DNA from: Neoechinorhynchus agilis
Taxonomy: Eukaryota; Animalia; Acanthocephala
Assembly: GCA_051530055.1 (NCBI GenBank)
Contig: CM121343.1
Coordinates: 1,024,389 to 1,088,388, forward strand
Reading direction: 5' to 3'
Length of the DNA stretch: 64,000 bases
In this document: positions 37,405 to 49,200 of the stretch, piece by piece
Layout of the letters: each line of letters begins with the position of its first letter
Numbering within the stretch: the stretch's first letter is position 1
Notes under the pieces: model-generated
Seen by the model: the letters and a program-made list of their open reading frames with translations, nothing else
Told to the model about the DNA's origin: nothing
The model's database searches: none
Made by a program: the position numbers and the translations under genes

Positions 37405-37740
37405 AGGAAAATTGGTAATTTATCCCAGAAAAACCAATTTCATCCTAAAAGACAATCCTGAGGATATTCTTCCCGCAACAATGACAGCGCTGAAGTGGAT
37501 GGTTATCGAGCAAGAGAATTGCCGTGTGATTCATTAGCTAAAATAATTTATTGAAGCTCGTTCCTTCAATCGAGGCAAATTTGCTATCGTGATCGCCGCT
37601 CATCGAAAATAGAACGATTGGAAACAAAGAACATAAATATCCGCCGGGGAGAGGCACCGATGCCAGCTCCGCGATACTGAACCACTTTTGAGCAACAAGG
37701 TCACGTTATCATATCGAAAAAATCCAATGGGATGTTAAAT

Positions 37741-38800
37741 CTTGACTTATGGTGAAGATACTCCCGGCTAAAAATCATTTTATTCTTCTGACCGTGTTGC
37801 TCTTTCAGCATCCATCCAAGGATTTGCTCCAGTCCCGAGTTGCTACTGCTTCGACTTTAGTTCTCAAATCCATGGGTCGTGGGAGTGAGGTTGAAACGTG
37901 AGATGGCGTTTCCTTTCGCTCAGGTGACCATGGACTAGTCCCAACGTCACGGCATTCGATAGACGGTTCAATGCGGATTCGAGAACGGTTTGGAGTCCCC
38001 ATTTCCATGTTTACAATATGACCAGCATCTTTATGGGTGACACTTTGCGGCATGGACGTTTTCTCTGTACTTTTGACCTTGGATTTTATCGCCTCGTCCA
38101 AATACTTGTTAACTCTTCACTCACATAGCTTCCTTGTGGTAGCCGTAATGCTTCCACATTCCTTTGTAATCCATTTCAGAACACAAAACAGCTCTCGATC
38201 TGTCAACCCAGAAGGGTCACTAGCTTCAACCAGTTTCTTATGAGCTGACACCATATCATCCATTTCTTAAACCGAAGATTCCGATGGATCCGCCCTCAAC
38301 TCCCAAAGATCCATGTAAGCCGACAGTTGATGTCGTATTTTTCCGCTCATCTGTTGTTTGTAAGTGTTTACGACACGGCCTACATGGATCTTTGGGAGTT
38401 GAAGAAAGATCCATCGGAATCTTCGGTTGAAGAAGGAAGCTGCGTGAGAGAAGAATTAAAGTCTTTGGACGAGGCGATAAAATCCAAGGTCAAAAGTACA
38501 GAGAAAACGTCCATGCCGCAAAGTGTCACCCACAAAGATGCTGGTCATATTGTAAACAAAGAAATGGTGACTCCAAACCGTTTTAGAATCCGCGTTGAAC
38601 CGTATATCGAATGCCGTGACATTGGGACAACGCCATCTCACGTTTCAACCTCACTTCCAGGGCCCACGAATTTGAGAACTAGAGTCGAAGCAGTAGCAAC
38701 TCAGGACTCTGGAACAAATCCTTGAATAGGTGCTGAAAGAGCAATACGATCAGAAGAATAAAATGATTTTTAACCGGGAGTATCTTCACCACAAGTCAAT
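37741..38800. repeat. Inverted duplication with arms at about 37741-38322 and 38377-38800, a ~54-bp spacer, and about 140 bp extra in the left arm
   Basis: ORFs 37805-38101 (-) and 38327-38725 (+) encode the same peptide (DEAIKSKVKSTEKTSMPQSVTHKDAGHIVN). The arm sequences are diverged reverse complements. Confidence 0.9.
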
Positions 38801-39099
38801 AAGGTCACGTAATGAACATCGACAACGGAAACCATTTTGGCTCGAATTGGATCCAAATGGAATCGCGCGTTATAATAATAACACATTTATTTGTTACTTC
38901 TATCCAATTGTTCCTTCGAGTGGATGTGTATTCTCAATGGCGAGTTGTAACACACTCGAGTTTTATTGAAATTTTTATTGTGAATATTCAAGGCCTCAGC
39001 CTCCTTCTCAAGCATTGCTTACCTATGGACCTTTGAGTCCTCATAAACACGCGGTTGTTGATTTTTTAGTGGATTACGGATTTGGTCTGGTCGGATTAA

Positions 39100-39560
39100 C
39101 CGGCCGTGCGGGAATATCCGTTCGGGTTTGACTATCCAGTAGAGGGATATGCCCGTCCGGGTGGGACTCCGTTAAGGCGGGAATATCCGTTCGGGTGGAA
39201 ATATCTGGTCGGGTGGGAATCTTCGGTAAAGGGATGTCCGTTCGGGTGGGAATATCCGGTCGGGTGTTAATATCCGTTCGGGTTTGACCATCCAGTAGAG
39301 GGATATGCCCGTTCGGGTGGTACTATCCGTTAGGGTGGGAATATCCGTTTAGGTGGGACTATCCGTTCGGGTGGGAATATCCGCTAGGGTGGGGCTATCC
39401 GGTTGGGTGAGAATATCCGTTAGGGTAGGACTATCCGATCGGGTGGGATTCTTTGGTAGAGGGATGTCGGTTCGGCTGGGATTTTCTAATAGAGGGATAT
39501 GCCCTTTCTTGTGGGACTACCCGGTAGGGGGTGTCCGTTCGAGTGGGGATTGGCGGATAT
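39100..39560. repeat. GC-rich ~18-19-bp minisatellite (gggtgggaatatccgttc-like)
   Basis: Many degenerate copies of gggaatatccgttcgggt / gggactatccg. A reverse-complement relative lies at about 14170-14235. Confidence 0.85.
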
Positions 39561-39934
39561 TGTTTGCCGGAGAGCTTGTGAGGTTGGAGGCCATATTTAT
39601 TCGCCAGGCTGAAACAGTAGACCCGGGGATAAGACTGACTTGAAACTAAATCAAAGTACAATGTGAATGTAATTATTCTCCACGCGTGTGCCGAAATATC
39701 GCATTCAATAAATTCCTTTAAATTTTACGCAATAAACAAGCAAAACTTTAATATTAATTACCGATCAACCCAACAGCACTGTGAAAGCACGCAAAAAGAG
39801 ATAATTTACAAAGTAGCTGATATATACGAAATAGTGTCGCACAGGAACTCCCAAAAGACCATCGATTTACTTTTCAAATAGCTCGTCGGTCTCTTTCGTT
39901 TTTACTCTGAGCAACAAAGTCGGTTTTGGTGCAG

Positions 39935-40667
39935 CTATTCGGTCTTTGGGTTTATCTTGTTCGCCAGTGCCATAGCAGGCACTTCTGCAGCCAACCAAGG
40001 AGCAAGCTAAAATTTTAGAAGTTGAACAGTATATTAAAGTAAGTGCGGGTAAATTACGCCAATGGCAAGTGCATGCGCTATTCCATATTTAGGAGCATTC
40101 CTCGCCCATAGAGGAATCAAATGATCATCTATACAAATTCGGCCGCCTCTATGGATAAAAAATTAAGCAATCGTGGTGGGAAAGACTTTGAAATGCCACC
40201 CACCTATACATTTTGGCGGTTTTTCCATCCAGTTGTGGGAGTTTCATCTCAGGAGGCGCCATTGGATACGAGGCTGGGATCTTCTTGGTCCATGAGGAAA
40301 TATACTACCTCAAGACCTACGAACCTCAATACATAAATCGAACTCGTATTTCCTCATGTCCTGCATGTGCCAGCACTTCCCTTTCCACAACGTTCCTTCC
40401 TTATTGCTCTTCAATGTGAACCAATCGGTGCCAGCCATTTTATTAGTTTTCACGTACTATAGAAAGTATTGCGAGAGAGCTCCAGAAAAAATAACATACC
40501 CCAATTAATGCAGTGTACTCCTCTTTCAATCTATTTGCCCATTTCTCGATTCCATCCTGAGGACCGCTTCGATCCGACATCGCCATGATGGTAGCGACCT
40601 TCGAACCAACATCGGATTCATATCGATTTGTCCTAGAATCATTGACGCCCGAATTCATGATCTCCAT
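39935..40667 (-). CDS. UFC1: Ufm1-conjugating enzyme 1, five exons
   Basis: Exons encode GPQD...[32 protein letters not shown]...[60 protein letters not shown] and [10 protein letters not shown], separated by short GT-AG introns. Stop TAG at 39935-39937. Confidence 0.95.
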
Positions 40668-40879
40668 TACGTCACCTCGTGATGCATTCGTCCACTAATT
40701 TCAATAGAATTCAGTATTGTTCTTTCAGATAATGACGAAAGCTTTGTTTAACTATACTTTTGGTGAAAATAATCCCGGCCATAACCCATTTTATTTATTT
40801 GAAACATATCATGGCGAAATGTCGTCGGGGTGAATTCGATTCGAGTTTGGCGATAATTTTCCCCCCGGATTGTTGTTGA

Positions 40880-41800
40880 TCATTTGAAATATTTCGTAAA
40901 CGTTTTCCCTTACCTCTTCAGTTATATCTACAAATTAAACTAAAAGTCAAAATTGGACTATAGGCATGGATCCGTGTCTAACGTTTTGGTTTTGTTTTGT
41001 CAAGGAGTTTCGGAAGTACTAGCGTGTGATTCGTTTTGTTACTCTCCATGGTTACATTCCCTGTGATGTATATTGCCTCCATTACCAATCTCCTCCGTAA
41101 ATTAGCCTCAGGCTGTATTATTGAGATGCCCGTGTCCGAAGTCCACACGGTGTTTTTCCTTCTCCTGATGATTGGGGATCGCTGAGGAACCATCAAACCT
41201 CCTGCACGCCTGCTTGTGTTGTGCTAGTCTTTTGGACAATCCTTGCATCGTTTGTCTCACATAGATACGATCACATTCGATGCATGGGATTTTATATACT
41301 CCATTGTGGCATTCTCTACTGTTCTTCTTCTTGAGCAATCCGTGGTAGTTGGACCTTTGTTGTACGAGATTCTTAGGTTCGGATATTTAACCTTCAGTCC
41401 ATTTAGCTTCTTACTTGCTATATACCTCACGAACTTAAGAGATGCATACATTTTGGGTTCGGCTGTCTTTGTCTCTTTTACTCGTTCTAGACTCTAGATT
41501 CGTTGCATGCTCCGCTTGATTATCCACCATGAATATCCTCTTGATTCACGCTCTTGTGTTATGTTGCGATATTCTTGATTGAGCGTGCTCACTTTTGACG
41601 TTATTTGTTTGACTCGTTGGAAGTAAGAAGTTACTGTGGATAGTTTGTGTTGCATGGGCTGGTGACTGGTCCATACTGGGGGTACCCAAGTTAGGTTTAC
41701 GGTACATCGACGTTTCGACTGTACCTCTTTTTGGCCGATCCATGAAAGAGATGTGACCATTTTCCTCTTGCTCAACTGACCATTGAATATCACCATTTAC
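40880..41800 (-). mobile_element. Penelope-like element 3' part: RT thumb and GIY-YIG endonuclease, frameshifted
   Basis: ETSMYRKP...; GVYKIPCIECDRIYVRQT...KRLAQH; EANLRRRLVMEAIYI (ORFs 41108-41338 and 40978-41196). Confidence 0.9.
40882..40927 (-). ncRNA. Degenerate minimal hammerhead about 50 nt downstream of the PLE endonuclease stop
   Basis: Minus strand reads CUGAAGA G GUAAG-GGAAAACG-UUUAC GAA AUAU U. Core, stem II and stem III match the other copies, but stem I pairs poorly. Confidence 0.55.
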
Positions 41801-43247
41801 TTCGCTAGTGACTGGTCCATACTGGGGGTCTCCAAGTTAGTTTTATGGTACATCAACGTTTCGACTGTGCATCTTTTTGCCCGATCCATGAAAGAGATGT
41901 GACCATTTTCCTCTTGCTCAACTGACCATTGAATATCACTACTTAATTCGCTGGTGACTGGTCCATACTGGGAGTCCCGAAGGTAAGTTAGTTTTATGGT
42001 ACATCGACGTTTCGACTGTACCTCTTTTTGCCCGATCCATGAAAGAGATGTGACCATTTTACTCTTGCTCAACTGACCATTGAATATCACCATTTACTTC
42101 GCTAGTGACTGGTCCATACTGGGAGTCCCGAAGGTAAGTTAGTTTTATGGTACATCGACGTTTCGACTGTACCTCTTTTTGCCCGATCCATGAAAGAGAT
42201 GTGACCATTTTACTCTTGCTCAACTGACCATTGAATATCACCATTTACTTCGCTAGTGACTGGTCCATACTGGGAGTCCCGAAGGTAAGTTAGTTTTATG
42301 GTACATCGACGTTTCGACTGTACCTCTTTTTGCCCGATCCATGAAAGAGATGTGACCATTTTACTCTTGCTCAACTGACCATTGAATATCACCATTTACT
42401 TCGCTAGTGACTGGTCCATACTGGGAGTCCCGAAGGTAAGTTAGTTTTATGGTACATCGACGTTTCGACTGTACCTCTTTTTGCCCGATCCATGAAAGAG
42501 ATGTGACCATTTTACTCTTGCTCAACTGACCATTGAATATCACCATTTACTTCGCTAGTGACTGGTCCATACTGGGACCGAAGGTGAGTTAGGTTTATGG
42601 TACATCGACGTTTCGACTGTACCTCTTTGCCCGATACATGACAGAGATGTAACCATTTTCCTCTTGCTCAACTTACCATTGAATATCACCACTTACTTCG
42701 CTGGTGACTGGTCCATACTGGGAGTCCCGAAGGTAAGTTAGTTTTATGGTACATCTTCGTTTCGACTGTACCTCTTTTTGCCCAATCCATGAAAGAGATG
42801 TGACCATTTTCTTCTTGCTCAACTACCGTTGAACATCACTACTTACTTCGCTGGTGACTCGTCCATACTGGGAGTCCCGAAGGTAAGTTAGGTTTATGGT
42901 ACATCAACGTTTCGACTGTACCACTTTTTGCCCGATCCATGAAAGAGACGTGACCATTTTTCTCTTTCTCGACTGACCATTTGATATCACTACTTACTTC
43001 GCTGGTGACTGGTCCATACTGGGGGTCTCCAAGGTGAGTTAGGTTTATGGTACATCAACGTTTCGACTATACCTCTTTTCGCCCGATCCATGAAAGAGAT
43101 GGGACCATTTTCCTCTTGCTCAACTGGCCATTGAATATCACTACTTAATTCGCTAGTGACTGGTCCATACCGGGGGTCTCCAAGGTAAGTTAGTTTTATG
43201 GCACATCGACGTTTCGACTGTACATCTTTTTGCCCGATCCATGAAAG
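41760..43247 (-). repeat. 151-bp tandem repeat (about 10 copies) derived from the Penelope RT thumb region
   Basis: ORFs at 42059, 42210 and 42361 are spaced 151 bp apart. The unit encodes DIQWSVEQEENGHISFMD...ETSMY(R/H)K and runs directly into unique PLE sequence at about 41750. Confidence 0.92.
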
Positions 43248-46200
43248 GTCAGTTAATTTAGTAAATCTTAACGCGCTGATTCCAAATCTGTATCCGGATT
43301 TGCGATAGCTGTAATGGTTCTTGAGTTATTCGCTGTTCAATTTTGAGACAAACTACCTTGATTATTGATATTAATACATCAATAAATATACGATCAAATT
43401 AACTTTTCTAAATCTACTTTTGACGCTGAATTCACCCGCAATAACCGCTTGATGTGGTTTGTTAAATTTTGACACTTAGTTTTAGGATTGAGTTTCGCAA
43501 AATACACCTGAATTAAATCTGTGGTGCTCGTAAATTGTCACGAAATGATCAATCATTTTGAGCATATCTAATGCGGTGATTTCAATGGTGTTATCTAATT
43601 TTAATGATTCTTGCAAATTTAGTGAACTTTCACTCTTGTTACTATTTACAAAATGTGATAATGCGATTTCCGATTCGAATATTGCAGTTGTAGTTTAAAA
43701 CGTCAGTTAGTTTAGTACATCTTAACGCGCTGACTCCAAATCTATATCCGGATTTGCGATAGCTGTAATGGTTCTTGAGTTATTCGTTGTTCAATTTTGA
43801 GACATACTACCTTGAATATTGATATTAAAACGTCAATAAATTTAAGACTAAATTAACTTTTCTAGATCTACCTTTGACGCTTAATTCACCTGCAATAACG
43901 GCTTGATGTACGTTATTACATTTTTACACTTAGTTTAAGGATTGAAGTTCATAAAAGACACCTGAATGAAATCTGTTGAACTCGTAAGTTGTTACGAAGT
44001 GATAAAACACTTTGAGCATATCTAATGCGCTGATTTCAATTGTATTATCTGATTTAAATGAATCTTTCAAATTTAGTGATCTTTCACTCTTGTGAATATT
44101 GACAAAATATGATAATGCGATTTCCGATTCGAATATTGCAGCTGTAGTTTAGGAGGTAAGTTAATTTAGTACATCGTAACGCGCTGATTCCAAATCTGTA
44201 TCCAAATTTTCGATAGCTTTAATGGTTCTTGAGTTATGCGTTGTTTAATTTTTAGATAAACTACCTTGATTATTGATATTAAAACGCCAATAAATTTAAG
44301 ATCAAATTAACTTTTCTAGATCTACCTTTGACGCTGAATTCACCTGCAATAACGGCTTGATGTACCTTTTATTATTTTTACACTTAGTTTAAGGATTGAA
44401 GTTCATAAAAGACACCTGAACTAAATCTGTTGTACTCGTAAGTTGTTACGAAATGATAAAACACTTTGAGCATATCTAATGCGCTGATTTCAATGGTATT
44501 ATCTGATTTAAATGAATCTTGCAAATTTAGTGATCGTTCACTTGTAAATATTGACCAAATTAGATAATTCGATTTCCGATTCGAATATTTCAGCTGTAGT
44601 TTGGGAGGGCAGTTAATTTAGTACATCTTAACGCGCTGATTCCAAATCTGTATCCGGATTTGCGATAGCTGTAATTGTTCTTGAGTTATTCGTTGTTCAA
44701 TTTTGAGACAAACTACCTTGATGATTGACATTAAAACGCCAATAAATTTAAGATGAAATTAACTTTTCTAGATCTACCTTTGACGGTGAATTCACCTGGA
44801 ATAACGGCTTGATGTACGTTTTTACATTTTTACACTTAGTTTAAGGATTGAAGTTCATAAAAGACACCTGAATGAAATCTGTTGAACTCGTAAGTTGTTA
44901 CGAAGTGATAAAACACTTTGAGCATATCTAATGCGCTGATTTCAATGGTTTTATCTGATTTTAATGAATCTTGCAAATTTAGTGATCTTTCACTCTTGTG
45001 AATATTGACCAAATATGATAATGCGATTTCCGATTCGAATAGTTCAGCTGAAGTTTAGGATTTAAGTTAATTTAGTACATCGTAACGCGCTGATTCCAAA
45101 TCTGTATCCAAATTTTCGATAGCTTTAATGGTTCTTGAGTTATGCGTTGTTCAATTTTGAGACAAACTACCTTGATTATTGATATTAAAACGCCAATGAA
45201 TTTAAGTTCAAATTAACTTTTCTAGATCTACCTTTGACGCTGAATTCACCTGCAATAACGGCTTGATGTACCTTTTTACATTTTTACACTTAGTTTAAGG
45301 ATTGAAGTTCATAAAAGACACCTGAATTAAATCTGTGGTACTCGTAAGTTGTTACGAAATGATAAAACATTTTGAGCATATCTAATGCGCTGATTTCAAT
45401 GGTGTTATCTAATTATAATGAATCTTGCAAATTTAGTGATCTTTCACTCTTGTGAATATTGACAAAATATGATAATGCGATTTCCGATTCGAATATATCA
45501 GCTGTAGTTTAGGGGGACAGTAAATTTAGTACATCTTAACGCGCTAATTCCAAATCTCTATCCGGATTTTCGATAGCTTTAATTGTTCTTGAGTTATGCG
45601 TTGTTCAATTTTGAGACAAACTACCTTGATTATTGATATTAAAACGCCAATAAATTTAAGATCAAATTAACTTTTCTAGATCTACCATTGACGCTGAATT
45701 CACCTGCAATAACGGCTTGATGTACCTTTTTACATTTTTACACTTAGTTTAAGGATTGAAGTTCATAAAAGACGCCTGAATTAAATCTGTGGTACTCGTA
45801 AGTTGTTACAAAATGATAAAACATTTTGAGCATATCTAATGCGCTGATTTCAATGGTGTTATCTAATTATAATGAATCTTGCAAATTTAGTGATCTTTCA
45901 CTCTTGTGAATATTGACAAAATATGATAATGCGATTTCCGATTCGAATATATCAGCTGTAGTTTAGGAGGTAAGTTAATTTAGTACATCGTAACGCGCTG
46001 ATTCCAAATCTGTATCCAATTTTTCGATAGCTTTAATGGTTCTTGAGTTATGCGTTGTTCAATTTTGAGACAAACTACCTTGATTATTGATATTAAAACG
46101 CCAATGAATTTAAGTTCAAATTGACTTTTCTAGATCTACCTTTGACGCTGAATTCACCTGCAATAACGGCTTGATTTACCTTTTTACATTTTACACTTAG

Positions 46201-49200
46201 TTTAAGGATTGAAGTTCATAAAAGACACCTGAATTAAATCTGTTGTACTCGTAAGTTGTTACGAAGATATAAAACACTTTTATCATATCTAATGCGCTGA
46301 TTTCAATGGTGTTATCATATTTTAATGAATCTTCCAAATTTAGTGATCTTTCACTCTTGTGACTATTGACCAAATATGATAATGCGATTTCAGATTCTAA
46401 TATTGCAGCTGTAGTTTAGGAGGTAAGTTAATTTACTACATCTTATCGCGCTGATTCCAAATCTGTATCCGGATTTGCGATAGCTGTAATGGTTCTAATA
46501 TGATAATGCGATTTCCGATTCGAATATTGCAGCTGTAGTTTAGGGGGACAGTAAATTTAGTACATCTTAACGCGCTGATTCCAAATCTGTATCCGGATTT
46601 GCGATAGCTGTAATGGTTCTGAGTTATTCGTTGTTCAATTTTGAGACAAACTACCTTGATAATTGACATTAAAACGCCAATAAATTTAAGATGAAATTAA
46701 CTTTTCTAGATCTACCTTTGACGCTGAATTCACCTGGAATAACGGCTTGATGTACGTTATTACATTTTTACACTTAGTTTAAGGATTGAAGTTCATAAAA
46801 GACACCTGAACTAAATCTGTTGTACTCGTAAGTTGTTACGAAATGATAAAACACTTTGAGCATATCTAATGCGCTGATTTCAATGGTATTATCTGATTTA
46901 AATGAATCTTGCAAATTTAGTGATCGTTCACTCTTGTGAATATTCACCAAATTAGATAATTCGATTTCCGATTCGAATATTTCTGCTGTAGTATAGGGGG
47001 ACAGTAAATTTAGTACATCTTAACGCGCTGATTCCAAATCTGTATCCGGATTTGCGATAGCTGTAATGGTTCTTGAGTTATGCGTTGTTCAATTTTGAGA
47101 CAAACTACCTTGATTATTGATATTAAAACGCCAATAAAATTAAGATCAAATAATTTTTTTAGATCTACCTTTGACGCTGAATTCACCTGCAATAACGGCT
47201 TGATGTACTTTTATTATTTTTACACTTAGTTTAAGGATTGAAGTTCATAAAAGGCACCTGAATTAAATCTGTTGTACTCGTAAGTTGTTACGAAATGATA
47301 AAACACTTTGAGCATATCTAATGCGCTGATTTCAATGGTATTATCTGATTTAAATGAATCTTGCAAATTTAGTGATCTTTCACTCTTGTGACTATTGACC
47401 AAATATGATAATGCGATTTCAGATTCTAATATTGCAGCTGTAGTTTAGGAGGTAGTTAATTTACTACATCTTAACGCGCTGATTCAAATCTGTCGGATTT
47501 GCGATAGTGTTTTATATGATAATGCGATTTCCGATTCGAATATTGCAGCTGTAGTTTAGGGGGACAGTAAATTTAGTACATCTTAACGCGCTGATTCCAA
47601 ATCTGTATCCGGATTTGCGATAGCTGTAATTGTTCTTGAGTTATGCGTTGTTCAATTTTGAGACAAACTACCTTGATTATTGATATTAAAACGCCAATAA
47701 ATTTAAGATCAAATTAACTTTTCTAGATCTACCTTTGACGCTGAATTCACCTGCAATAACGGCTTGATGTACCTTTTATTATTTTTACACTTAGTTTAAG
47801 GATTGAAGTTCATAAAAGACACCTGAATTAAATCTGTTGTACTCGTAAGTTGTTACGAAATGATAAAACACTTTGAGCATATCTAATGCGCTGATTTCAA
47901 TGGTGTTATCTGATTTTAATGAATCTTGCAAATTTAGTGATCTTTCACTCTTGTGACTATTGACCAAATATGATAATGCGATTTCCGATTCGAATATTGC
48001 AGCTGTAGTTTAGGGGGACAGTAAATTTAGTACATCTTAACGCGCTGATTCCAAATCTGTATCCGGATTTGCGATAGCTGTAATTGTTCTTGAGTTATGC
48101 GTTGTTCAATTTTGAGACAAACTACCTTGATTATTGATATTAAAACGCCAATAAATTTAAGATCAAATACTTTTCTAGATCTACCTTTGACGCTGAATTC
48201 ACCTGCAATAACGGCTTGATGTACCTTTTATTATTTTTACACTTAGTTTAAGGATTGAAGTTCATAAAAGACACCTGAATTAAATCTGTTGTACTCGTAA
48301 GTTGTTACGAAATGATAAAACACTTTGAGCATATCTAATGCGCTGATTTCAATGGTATTATCTGATTTAAATGAATCTTGCAAATTTAGTGATCTTTCAC
48401 TCTTGTGAATATTGACCAAATTAGATAATTCGATTTCCGATTCGAATATTTCAGCTGTAGTTTAGGGGGACAGTAAATTTAGTACATCTTAACGCGCTGA
48501 TTCCAAATCTGTATCCGGATTTGCGATAGCTTTAATCGTTCTTGAGTTATTCGTTGTTCAATTTTGAGACAAACTACCTTGATTATTGATATTAAAACGC
48601 CAATAAATTTAAGATCAAATTAACTTTTCTAGATCTACTTTTGACGCTGAATTCACCTGCAATAACGGCTTGATGTGGCTTTTTAAATTTTTACACTTAG
48701 TTTTAGGATTGAAGTTCATAAAAGACACCTGAATTAAATCTGTTGTACTCGTAAGTTGTTACGAAATGATAAAACACTTTGAGCATATCTAATGCGCTGA
48801 TTTCAATGGTGTTATCTAATTTTAATGAATCTTGCAAATTTAGTGATCTTTCACTCTTGTGACTATTGACCAAATATGATAATGCGATTTCCGATTCGAA
48901 TATTTCAGCTGTAGTTTAGGAGGTAAGTTAATTTAGTACATCTTAACGCGCTGATTCCAAATCTGTATCCGGATTTGCGATAGCTTTAATGGTTCTTGAG
49001 TTATTCGTTGTTCAATTTTGAGACAAACTACCTTGATTATTGATATTAAAACGCCAATAAATTTAAGATCAAATTAACTTTTCTAGATCTACCTTTGACG
49101 CTGAATTCACCTGCAATAACGGCTTGATGTACCTTTTTACATTTTTACACTTAGTTTAAGGATTGAAGTTCATAAAAGACACCTGAATTAAATCTGTTGT

